Shown here piece by piece: positions 25,948 through 37,180 of a stretch of 64,000 nucleotides of DNA. The stretch's first letter is position 1. Every line of letters begins with the position of its first letter. Made by a program: the position numbers and the translations under genes. The stretch comes from Camelus dromedarius (lineage: Eukaryota). The notes beneath the pieces were generated by a model, which was not told where the DNA came from, did not search any database, and saw nothing but the letters and a program-made list of their open reading frames with translations. The stretch lies in the NCBI RefSeq assembly GCF_036321535.1, contig NC_087436.1:47122001-47186000 (forward strand). Reading direction: 5' to 3'.

Positions 25948-26027
25948 GTGGAAAACGAAGCTCATTCCCAACGTGCAAAGCCAAGGCAGCGACCCCAGGA
26001 CCTCTTCTGGAGATGGAAGCTTGTTGA
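25948..26027 (+). CDS. LEF1: LEF1 last exon, coding part used when exon 11 is skipped: GGKRSSFPTCKAKAATPGPLLEMEAC* (B-type tail)
   Basis: Pyrimidine tract plus GAG acceptor at 25945-25947. The frame from exon 10 (G|GT GGA AAA CGA...) ends in TGA at 26025-26027, giving the known alternative LEF1 tail. Confidence 0.92.
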
Positions 26028-27150
26028 AAACCCAGACTGTCTCCATGGCTTGCCCAGTCCACCCCAAAGGAGAATTGACACCCACTTCACCCTGAGGTCA
26101 CTGCTAGAGACGCTGACCCATAAAGACAATCACTGACAAACTCCCTTTCATCTACTGCAAGAGCCAAGTTCCACAATAAAGGACAGAAGGTTTTTTTTAA
26201 AAGAAAAATGACAAAGCACATGAGAATGCTAGCAGGCCCAGGGTCAGCTGAGCAGCTTTTCTCCCCTCATCTCTGCCGTGCACTTCCCAGAGCATCCTGC
26301 ATCCATACCTGTAACCTTCTGGCAAGGACAGTAACTTGGCTACCTTTGCCTGCCCCGAGCAACCGAGTGGCAGCCAGCACAGCCGGCAGCATCCCCGCGG
26401 GGAACTTGTGGAAGAGTTCCCTCCTTGTTTCTGTCTTCATTTTTCTTTCTCTTCTCCTAAAGCTTTTATTTAACAGTGCAAAAGGATCAATTGTATGTTT
26501 GCTTCTTTTTTTTAAACTTGAATTTTTTTAATTTACACTTTTTAGTTTTAATTTTTTTGTTGTATATTTTGCTAGCTATGAGCTTTTAAGTAAAATTCAA
26601 AGATCTGGAAATGTTTGAAATAAAAATGAAATGAAAAGAAGCTTTTTTTTTTTTTTTTTGAGTGATATCTTGTCTGCCAAGTGGCTTCTCTGTGAATGAC
26701 CTATAACAAATAGTGGCCTCTCCGTCTTTGTAAGGTGTCCAGTAGAGCTACATAAATGCAACAGCCAGTCCACTCTGTGGGTAGCAGCTGGCAATCCTCT
26801 TTCATTTTATTTTTCTTATGATCTTTTTTTTTTAATGATAAACCTTAACAGATACTTTCAACAGACCAGTTTGCAGTGAATTTTCATTTCTTTCCTTCTC
26901 ACCCCCTTGTTGTAAAAAGCCCAGCACTTGAATTGTTATTACTTTAAATGTTCTGTATTTGTATCTGTTTTTATTAGCCAATTAGTGGGATTTTATGCCA
27001 GTTGTTAAAATGAGCATTGATTTTTTTTTTTTAATAGCAAGGCACAGCCTTTGCCCAAAACTGTCATCTAATGTTTGTCATTCCAGTTTGAGTTAACGTG
27101 CTGAGCATTTTTTAAAAGAAGCTTTGTAATAAAACATTTAAAAAAAAAAA
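26028..27150 (+). other. LEF1: LEF1 3' UTR (also includes 25948-26027 in exon-11-containing mRNA)
   Basis: U-rich sequence resembling the human LEF1 3' UTR as I recall it, ending at AATAAA 27128-27133. The 3' end is approximate. Confidence 0.85.
27128..27133 (+). terminator. LEF1 distal polyadenylation signal AATAAA
   Basis: TGTA-AATAAA context with a downstream U-rich tract at 27154-27167. Further AATAAA hexamers at 26175-26180 and 26619-26624 are possible proximal signals. Confidence 0.8.
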
Positions 27151-27889
27151 GTCTTTTTTTTTTTTTTAAAGAGTGAAGTTCCTGACAATCTGCAGTTGGT
27201 AACAGTGAACTCAATCCACAGGCAGAGCTGGCGTGTCCACGTGAGAGGGTGCGGCTGTCTCCAGGGGCCAGCCAACACCCTCCCCATCTCCTAGCCATGC
27301 CGTCCTCAGAGGTACTTGTACCACCTGGACCCCTGTCTCCTCTTCTCACAGGTGGAGATAGAAATCAGGCCAAAGGGAGGAAGAGGGTCACCAGAACTCA
27401 GACAGTAGTGATTCTCTTCCTTCCTGAGCACCCAGACAGCCTCCCGGGCTCCAGCCATCCGCCCTCACACCTCTGCAGGCGTGCCGGTGCCCTCTGGTCA
27501 GAGCTCACTGCTTCTCCCGCTGGGATCCCCAAACCAAGGTGTCCCTGCACTTTAACACCCACACATCTCCCCAGAATCAACATTTTCCCAGTTTTGAGTT
27601 TGTACTTCGTAATTCTCCCCTAAATCAAGCTTTTGTTATACTAAAATAGAGCTATTGGATGTAGCAAAAACTATGCATTTTAAGTTTAAAACATCAATAT
27701 TTCATGGTCTTCCACAAAGTTTCCACAATCCATTGAGCTAGTTTGAGAACCACTCATACTGCTGGTCTAGCTTCTGTCTCTTGCTGAAATTCTAGTTCCG
27801 TTTCCTTTTTCCAACCTTCAATACAGCTGGGGAACAGCTGGCTACCATACTTGTAATAACCCTCCACATACTGCACTTGAAGATTGCCA

Positions 27890-28005
27890 TTAAATCACCC
27901 CTCAAATTTCTCTTCTCCAGGCTAAGTAATCCCAATTCCTTGAACCTTTCATCATCGGTCCTTTAATCATTTTCATTACTATCCTCTGGAACCTCTCCAA
28001 TTCTT
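27890..28005 (-). mobile_element. Ancient CR1/L3 fragment
   Basis: TTCTCTTCTCCAGGCTAA...CCCAATTCCTTGAACCTTTC...TCCTCTGGAACCTCTCCAA resembles the reverse strand of the CR1 3' region. Confidence 0.6.
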
Positions 28006-29882
28006 CTTCATTTAGACCTAAACTTGAACCAGGGAAAAATGTCTATTATGTCCAGGGGACCTACTTGTTATAAAGGTTTCATATTCATTTGAAATTATCT
28101 CTCAGTTTTCTTAATGTATATGAACCAAGTTATAACTGCCTAAAACTGCCACTGTACTCTTTTCAGGAGTAACAAGAACATCCAACAAAGTGGCGTAGGA
28201 AGTGACAGAAATAAATATTTAAGTGTTACTTTTTGGGGGTGGGGTGGGGGGGAGTTGTAGCAACACACTGATTGGCTCTTCTGGATCTTAGAAACTGATC
28301 AGTAATAAAAGCCTGTCCATCAAGTGAAGAGCAGGGATAGGAGGTTAGACTCGGGCCTCGGCCAGAGCCCACTCAAGTCCCCCTCGCTTGCTCCTGTGCT
28401 GTGTTTTTATGACACAGAGTGAATCAACAATGCCAAAAGCAGCAGGCTGTTTGGATCCTCTGAGCCAGCTGCTTTGCCACAATTTGGTCCCTCCTAGTTT
28501 TCTACATTTCTTCCAGAATAACTTTCCCCAGATAACTTGGATGTCCTGGCACGGTGCTCATTCTTGGTGCATCTGCCCCATCCTGCTTTCCTCAGGCAGC
28601 AGTTCTGGGGAAGGAGAGTCCAGAGCCCTTGAGAGGTACATACAAACCAAGGGACGTTCTCCTGGGGCACCAGGCAGAGGGACTCCCTCTGGCTACTGCT
28701 TTTGATCTTGCAGTGATTGGGCGTCCTTCCCTGCAACGAGCTCACAGCTGGACTGTGTGCCAACAGGAGAGAACAGGCCAGCCTTCCTGCTGGAGCCCAG
28801 CCTTTCTCTGAGGTCACAGCTGGTGTGCTGGTCTTAGGAAGGGGTGCTTTTCTCCTGGCTTTACTTTGGTTGCTAGGGTTGCTGGCAACTACCTGTTTAG
28901 CTGGAAGGAGGCTTTGAACAGTTTCACAACTATAGCTGTCCAAGTACAATCATTTTTTCCTCTACAGTTTGTTCTAAGGCTGCAACAGTGTGGAAACCTC
29001 TGATCAGGGGCCCCTGAGCAGTAAGATGTCTGCGTGGCTTTCCTTTTAAAAGGGAGAAGTCACAAGGGAGTAATGCATGGTTCCAACAGAAAAGAGAAAC
29101 TTAAATTCCACGTGACACAGTAGCGGTACAAATTACTATGTTTGCCCAGGATGCTACCTTTCACGCATAGAAAATTTTAAAAACTGCCATGTGAAAACCT
29201 AATTTCTAGAGATACATACATACACACACAAAACTGGATCTGCTTTTTAATAGAAACTGAATAGTGTGAAGTTAAACATCTTAATACTGATAGAAGGACA
29301 TGATTCTAAATGCTGCTTACTTACGTATTATGGAAAAAATAAGATGATTGGTTTTGCTGGTCATCATTTAGTGGATACCATTTTGGAAGCTGCTGTTTTA
29401 AACTTCTGCACCTCTCTGATGGGAAAGTCTACACCATCTTACACCGCAGCTGGGAGTGGTTCTGAGGGACAGTAGGAGAGGAAGGTGTACCAAGGGCAGT
29501 TATTTAAAAGAAACATTACTAGCATGAATCAACCTGAACTAGGACTTTATACATATTAGGTAATACAGAATAATTTATAGTAAAATGAACACAAGTGAAA
29601 ACTGGCTGTTCACTCACTTGCCCTGTTGAAGAAATAATGCTCATGTGGTTCACTGTCAGCAGCATTGTGGGCACAGTAAACTGGCATTTAACAGAAATGG
29701 TCGATGTGCTCATTCAGTACATGTTTACTGAGCACCTGCCCATGGGCTGGGCTGAAATAACTGTCCACTAGGAAAGTGTTTCTACTGCTTGTAAGCTTGT
29801 TCACCACCGGCACTTGTTACAATGTGCAGGCATCCTTCTCCCTGAACAGTAATTTAAACTTTAAAAATCAGGTTCTTATATC

Positions 29883-30000
29883 AAAATGAGTATGTGTATG
29901 TATATGTATGACTGAAACATTACGCTGGACACCAGAAATTGACACAACATTGTAACTGACTATATTTCAATAAAAAAGAATGCCAAAAACAAACAAACAA
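29883..30000 (+). mobile_element. Very short LINE-1 3' terminal fragment, with the same tail type as the 42008-45716 element
   Basis: ACACCAGAAATTGACACAACATTGTAA matches 45654-45680, followed by AATAAA and an A-rich tail. Imperfect TSD CAGG(T/C)TCTTAT on both sides. Confidence 0.85.
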
Positions 30001-31419
30001 AACAGGCTCTTATGTTAAAAGGGAAGGAGGCGTGCAGTAAGGAGAGCCCAGGTTTGGAGCCACTCCCAGCATGGGCAGCCCTTTGCCTCCTGGTGGGCCA
30101 AATGAAGATCTCACTGACCTCTAACAAGATACAGTGAGTGGAAAATGAGAGACACCTTGCACATACAAAATAACTTAGTAAATGAACTTCCCCTTGAATT
30201 TTTTTATAATTTGTTATTAAACAGGCTTTTTTTTGCCCAATGAGAAAAAAAGAAACTTTGTTTTTGTAAAGCCTATAGCCGTAGAACACATGGGCACATT
30301 TCTTCTGCCCATGGAAGCAGTTGGTAACCAGGACTAAACACTGTTTTGGCCCAAGGATCAAGGAAATACTTACAGAAAGGGGATGGGGTCATCTGCTCTG
30401 ATGTGTTTATTAAATATTTTTCTCAATTTATAATAGCTTCAGATGCTACCAGCTAAGTTAATTTTTGATCTACATTAAATACATGGAGGAAATTGGTCGA
30501 AAATGTATTATTTGCCAGATGGAATGAGAACACTCCTACAAGTAGACTTAGTCACACAACTGTTTCTCTTCGTAGTCACAGTGGAATTAGTACATTAGTC
30601 ATTTTCTCTCCTCTGTCCGTAACTTAACTGTCTCAGAATTTGAACTCAGTAGAATCACTGAATTATGGTCTAAGCCATAATGAGGTGTTCTCCCATCAGG
30701 AAGGTAAAGACAACCAAAGTAAAACGAAGCCCCACAGACTGGCCTGTTGTTACAGGTCCTATCAGGCTTGCTCGGCTGGAGAAGGGCAGCACATGGTTTT
30801 CTAGTCGAGCTGGCCCTCCATGCCCGGCACTGGACACCGTGCAGCACACGAAGCCAAGCCTGTGAGGGGCTTGCTGGGAGACTCACAAAGGCCCAGAGGT
30901 GCTGCTGAACGATTTCATCTGCTCCCCAAGTGCCAGCATCTAGCGCAGGCTGGGCCTGCTCAAACTCCCAAGGTTACAATCAGTTGGGCTCTTTCCACGT
31001 CCCAGAGAAGTCCAACCCATCCACCCACCCCTCTCGGACTGGCCAGTTCTCATGAGCTTTCAACCTGATTGCCACACTCAGTACTGTGGCCACTACAACT
31101 CTTATTCTGAAACGTTGGATGACTGTCTCTATTCTCCCCTCCAACAGTAGGAAGGAAAATTTCAAGTGGTATCAGAGACCCTGGAGGGCGGAGTCCCAGG
31201 GAGGCTGTGGTTCAGTGGGCAGGTGTGGGGGCCGCATCCTGTGAAGAAGTGCTGGCCCCAATGACCCCCTCCCCAGCATTTGGGATTAGCTGAGATTTTA
31301 ACAAAAGTACACTTGTTCTCTCTCCTCGCAAGTCAACCTCTAACATGCTGAAAGGTAGGACAACAGCGAAAACCAAGGCACGAGCATTAGCAACCTCACC
31401 TAGGCCTCTGACTTAAGAA

Positions 31420-32460
31420 AGCCGAGCCAGCTATTGCCAGGACCGCCCCCCGCCCCCCACCCCGACCCCACGAGCGCGAGTGCGGCGTGGGCAGCAGTCT
31501 CCCCGTAAACACCCCCACGCGCGGCTGGTTCGCAGACGAGGGCGTGTGGATGTGCTCAAGCCTCTACAGCTGTGCAGACCTCGCGGCGGCGGGCTCGTTC
31601 CACTTCCCTCCCTCTTGCACCACGTTTTCATCTGCCAGCTGAAGAGCTTCTCACCCCGGGCAGCGCGCGACCCGTCCGGGCTCAGAGGGCTGGCGGCGCC
31701 CCTGCCTGCCTGGTCCCACTGCGGGTCCATGCGGTGGAGGGGCGGGCGGTTCCGGACCATCAGCCTTTCGCTAGGAATTCAACACTGAGGCGAAAAAGCT
31801 CCGGAAATTGACCTTCCCGGAAGTACGCGGCAAAACCTCCACCTGGTTTCAGAGTGAGACTTTTAGGGTTCAGTCCTGCAAACCACCCCAAGCAGAATAC
31901 TTTGTTCAAATGTGCCTCCATGCACACCCCCACGCCCCCCCCCCCGTACGGGTTTTGGAGGCTTCTCAGTTCCTGTTTTCTAAACCTGGTAGTCAAGAGG
32001 AGGGAGCAGCAGGCAGAGTTCTTATTCCAGGGGATTTTCCCTTCTAATACCTGCTTGCCTGAGAACAGGCTACATTTTTCTAACCCCCACAGTGCATCTG
32101 CAGAAATGAGGCTGGGAGACCCACGTCGGACGCCGCGGCTTCTCGCACCACGAGGCCTCTGCCCTGACAAACGACATTATGATAGGATGAAGTTTAACTT
32201 TTCTCATGTTCATCCACCATTGTTTCCTGAATCACCATGTGCATTAGGAGACTCCTCTCCTATGCACTTGCTTTTTTCTGGGGTCTTAAATCACGCACAG
32301 TCTACCGCCCGTACATAAACCGTAACTTACCTGACTGCCGCCGCCTCTCCGGCTCACCGGGACGCCTTCCAGCCTGCTCTCCCCTCCTGCTCAGCCCTGA
32401 CCAGCCGCCCTCCGAAGGCTGGGTAAGAACTTCCGGAGCGGCTGCGTGGTGGGTGGAGCA
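31420..32460. promoter_or_regulatory. Orphan CpG-rich island/cluster between the LEF1 and HADH 3' ends
   Basis: Dense CpG at 31420-31830 and 32120-32460 in an otherwise CpG-poor region. GC boxes at 31740-31749; ETS motifs at 31817-31824 and 32429-32436. Confidence 0.7.
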
Positions 32461-35274
32461 TGCAACTCCCGCACTTTTCCTTTTACCCAGGTGGCCCTAA
32501 GCTTCACTTCTAAGACTCTTTTACAAGGCTCGTGGGCCTGCTCCCAATCGTCAGCCCACTCCCCAGGTGTATGATGTTCAGGGCTCTCTGTAAGCCTGGA
32601 GGAGTTCACGAACTATGGCTCCCTTCCAAACGGGGCAACGAGGAGGGAGGTGGTCACAATCAGCCTATCGGGCCAGGTAGTGAGCTCAACACCTGATACC
32701 TATCATCTCATTTGGTCCCTGAACAACCCTGCCAGCAGGTTCCAACTCTCTGCCCATTCTGCCAGGTATGCCCAGGAAACTAGTAACCCCCGAGGTTAGG
32801 GTACAGAGGTCAAGAGAGTGGAACTGAGCACTAGCACCCAAGTCTGTTCAATTCCAAAGCCCACAAACCATTTACCCCAATTATTCTGCAACAGCTACAG
32901 TTAATTTTAAATAAAACATTGAACAGACGTAGTGTCGATGGGATGTTTGTCCTTCAGTAGTTAAAATTTGTTCTGCCTTAGAAATAAAAACTGATTATGA
33001 AACATTGAGACCAATTTTGAAAACAGAATTTACACAACCAAATAGGTTGAAAGTGCAGCAATGCTTTCATTGTTCAAAGCATTTTTTAGATTACTATTTA
33101 GTACCATCAATGCCTGTTTACAGGAAAATTAGTCCCACAAAATTATAGCCACACCTTGTATTTTTGGTTAAGACTTAATTGGTTACTTAGGTTGAAATGT
33201 TAAAGGGATTAAACCAAGGTGGGACAAGACAAAAGCTTGTTTCAAGTGTGCTGAAAGTATAACTTACGAACTGAGAAAGTGTAATTAGTGCCTGTTGTAG
33301 AAGCAGTGAGTAATGTTATTAGTTCTACCCTCTCCAATGATCAGTGGTTGAGTCTCAAACGAGCTTCTAAAAGCTGACATGTTAAGAGTCAGAAAATTTA
33401 CTATAGAACAGAACCGAGAGGGGAATCATTTTATATCACCAGATTTTATACCGCAGTTTCTCAGTTCCAAGATCTCGGCCGCCCACCCCCATGCTGAGCC
33501 ATTTATTTCAGTCCCCACACTGGAAATATACCTGACGACTGATGTCAAGAGAAGTTAGCCAACCATATTCCCCTGAGAAACTGTTAACAGTGCATCTTGT
33601 GGATATTCAGGGCCACAGTTTTGATTTTACAAAGACACTTTCAGAAGCATTGAAAGTATTCTTCAGAGAAGGCCGTCTTGCAAAACGTAATTGAAGTCCA
33701 GGTGATGGCTATGCTCAGAGGCTCACTTTTCCAACAAGCTATTTCATCAACTGTAGTTTTCTTTTTAATCTCAAATTTTCTATTACCGGAACAAAAATAT
33801 CACTAAGAAGGTAGGATGGGGACGGGGTGCAGTGGAGAAGTATCCTCTTGATCTAAAACCTAGTAGTTACTTTGAAGATGCGGTAAAAGATCCGTGGTTG
33901 CTGTGTGGAGATGAGTTTGGGGAGGGGAGGAGAGGCAGCCGTGGTGAAGTCAGGCCCACCCTCCCTCCTGAACAGGCGTAGCCAAACACAGCGGAGGCCA
34001 ACCCAAGCCCCCTGGCATCCTGCTGAGGCTCAGTTTGCCAACAGCAGCAGCTGGCCCTGATTTGGAAGCAGAGGACCTGACGGATGAGACCCTTCTCCCC
34101 ACGGAGCCCTGGGTGGACAGCGGAGACCTGAGCACAGGACTGAGAAAGCCGCTCCTGACTCCCGAGCTTGGAAGATGGTCTAAATTCCTCCCCAGCCCCA
34201 AACAAGGCACATGGGAGCGGCTTTCTGAAAACGATACAAGAATGTCCACAGGCCGGGTGACTTTCTGGTAGGCTGGAAACCCTCAGCCAGAAAAGACAGC
34301 TGCGACCCCCACGCTCACACCCCGGTCCCAGGCCGAGTTCTCTTTCCTGGAATTCAGTGGTCCAGAAAAAGCCCTGCCACTTCCAGGTCAAGGGCCCACG
34401 TCCTGCAGGCACTCCAGTCAGAGAATGAGAAGGAAAGGAAGCCCCGCTAAGCCGAGAGCTCATGTCAAAGGTCAAGAGCCAGCCAGAGCGTGAGCAGGGG
34501 GCTGTCAGACCACAGGGGAGCCACAGGTAATGGAAATGGTGGTGGTGCCACAGGTGCTTCCTTTTTTTCGTTAGGAAATGTTTTATAAGAATAACCTAAA
34601 AGTTTCCTAACCCAGGTCCTATATGCGGTAGAAATGTATGTGTGTATTTTCCCATGATGCTATAGTTAGATTCAAGTAAAAAAAAAAAAAATTAAGAAGC
34701 TCCCCTTCATTCATCATGAAAGGGAGGGGGGAAAAAATCTCTCAACTATCAGAACTGTGACCCAGGACACCAAACAAGGATGCCCATTTTGGGGACAGTC
34801 CTCTTTGAAAGTCTGGATTTGAGATTTTCAAATTTGCTATTTTGTATTTAATTTTATCATCAAAACCTAGTTCGAATCCTGGCTCTCTGCTACCAAATTT
34901 CTGGTGACCTTGGCCATATCCCTTCAGCTCTCTGTTAATGAAGCCACTGGACCTCAGAGTTTCTGATGTCTTTCCAGCTTCAAAATTCTATCTTGGAAGA
35001 CACTTTCTCAAGCCAATGATTAAAGGAAGCTTATGTTACACTCTTTTTGTTGGCAAAGAAAAAACAGATGTTCCTTAAAAACTGTCTTCTGTGCCCTTAT
35101 TATTGCTTTACTGGTAAGAAACCTGGAGTGACAGCTGCAGGCAGGCTGCACCTGAACACCTGCTCCCGCCGCTCCTTCCCCAGCATTACTGCTGGAAAAA
35201 TGACAACAGGCCAAAGGCGGGGCACTGCCTCGATGACCACCCTTTACTTTCACAGCCATTGAAGCAACGATTAT

Positions 35275-35938
35275 TTAAAATTATACGTATGTTTATTTCA
35301 ATTCAAATTTTTACAGATTGAAAGACTACATTTTATTAATTTGCAGCAATGATTTCTCATGGAAAAAAAAAACCCAGACAATAATTATTCCGATTTCAGA
35401 TGTGAATGAAACTTATTCTGGCAAACCCAGCACGTGGAGACATCTCCACCAACCCAGCAGCAGTGTTTTGGTGGTGAGTTGAATCAAGACATGACACCTT
35501 ACGTCGCCGTGCTCAGGATGTAGGGTAAGGCTTGAAGCTGCAGGCGGTAAATGTTCTCGAAAAGGCGAGATGCTGGTGCTACCTGCGCAGCCCTTCACAG
35601 ACACACCACGATGTGTCACTCACTCGTGACATTCCCGTGTGGCAATGATGGACACAGGTTCGAAAGAAATGTTTGCTCCAAGGCACCGAGGGTGTAAATA
35701 AAGCTTTTCAGAAAATACACAGAAATAGACTACAAAGGGAATTAGTTCTCAATGGAGGAATCAGCTACTACTGTTACTAGGGTAAATAATTAGTTCAGAT
35801 AGATTACAATCAAAATGCATATCGAACAGATGGTGCTGTGTGAGGGAACATCTGACCAAAGAACACTCCTGTGGGCACTTGGGGAGCTGCTGGTACGTGC
35901 TTATGGGGGCTTCTTCCCGGAGCCAGAGAAGCTGAGCA
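35275..35938 (-). other. HADH: HADH 3' UTR with tandem AATAAA signals (35332-35337 and 35292-35297, minus strand)
   Basis: Follows the stop codon and has two TTTATT hexamers on the + strand 40 nt apart. The end is approximate. Confidence 0.75.
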
Positions 35939-36057
35939 TCATTTGTATTTGTAATATCCTTCTCCAGTCTTCTTGCCAAACTTATTCTCTGCCACCAGCT
36001 TATTCATGGATTGGCTGGGCTGAAACAAGGGGTTCTTGGAATCCATTTCATGCCACC
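35939..36057 (-). CDS. HADH: HADH exon 8, coding part [38 protein letters not shown]
   Basis: aatag acceptor and TGA at 35939-35941 on the minus strand; known HADH C-terminus. Confidence 0.97.
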
Positions 36058-36699
36058 CTATTGAGAGGAGAGGAGAGGGCTCAGGATGAAGTTCTGGGTT
36101 TATTCTGCATCTCAGCATCCCTAGGACAAGTCTGAAGGCAGAGTTCAGGGGAGAAGGGTGCCTCCTCTGATGTGGGAGAGCCTCACGGGCCTGGAGCCAC
36201 TCTGGCCCAAATGGCAGAGGCAGAAGAAAGGCTGCACATGAGCCCAGAAGTAGGTGTGCTCCCACAGGCCATGCTGCTCAAGGCTTGGCTCTACCACGGC
36301 CCTCCTGTTCAGCCAATCCCTTCCTGGAAACTGCTGATGCCAAAGATCCAGGTACACAAACAGAACCCCTTAATCTGGAGGCTGGACCTATTAGTGGCAC
36401 AGTGAGATGACTTCCAGACATGTTAAAGATCTGAATTTGCTGCTACTGGTATTTTGCATCCTCATGAAATCCAAAAGTTCATGTTTCAATTAGAACCCTC
36501 CTCGCTCCTCCCAAGTACATGAGTATTCTGTGTTGAGACTTGGTAGTATGAGCTACATTCAACTTCAGTACCCCCATTTTGGTTAATAGTTTTAACCCTG
36601 TCTTCAAAGCCACTACAGTAGAATGACTGTACCTCTTTAAATGGCTGTGTACCTTGAAGGCAGTGGTTATACTAATCAGCCTATGGGACAGAATGACTG

Positions 36700-36862
36700 G
36701 GTACCAATGTCAATCTCCTGGCCCTGATATTGTACTACAGTCATTATATAAGAAGGAACCATCGGGGGAAATGAAGTAAAGGGGAACATGGGCCCTGTCT
36801 ACGCTGTATTCGAAACTTCCTGTGAATGTATAATTATTTCAAAATGAAAAGTTTAAAAAAAA
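36700..36862 (+). mobile_element. Old LINE-1 (L1MC/MD-like) terminal fragment
   Basis: GTACCAATGTCAAT...TTGTACTACAGT...AACTTCCTGTGAATGTATAATTATTTCAAAATGAAAAGTTTAAAAAA. Confidence 0.65.
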
Positions 36863-37063
36863 GTTGCTTTGTGAGACCAGGCAGCCACATTTTTCCTTCT
36901 GTCATTTGTTAACTTGACTCTTTAAGCTGGTGGGGCAACACTTTGGAAGGTCTACTAAGACTCTTAATAATTTGTTTTAAATAGGCATTATCATTTAATC
37001 CATAATTGAGAGAGACCACCTCAACTCAGTTAAAGACAGACTACAGAGAATTCCAACCCTTAC

Positions 37064-37180
37064 CGTCCATGATGAACTTCGTAGTATCCAGCCCAACGTA
37101 ATCGAGAAGCTCGAATGGGCCCATGGGGTAGCCAGCGCCCAGCTTCATAGCAGTGTCGATGTCCTCCTTGGACGCGTCAC
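37064..37180 (-). CDS. HADH: HADH exon 7, 117 nt, [38 protein letters not shown](G)
   Basis: ccgcag acceptor and gtaagg donor. Contains the [14 protein letters not shown] motif. Confidence 0.98.

Noticed and set aside
33867..34475. 202-aa intergenic ORF on the - strand
   Set aside because: No recognisable homology or motif, and overlapping ORFs occur in several frames, as expected from GC content alone.
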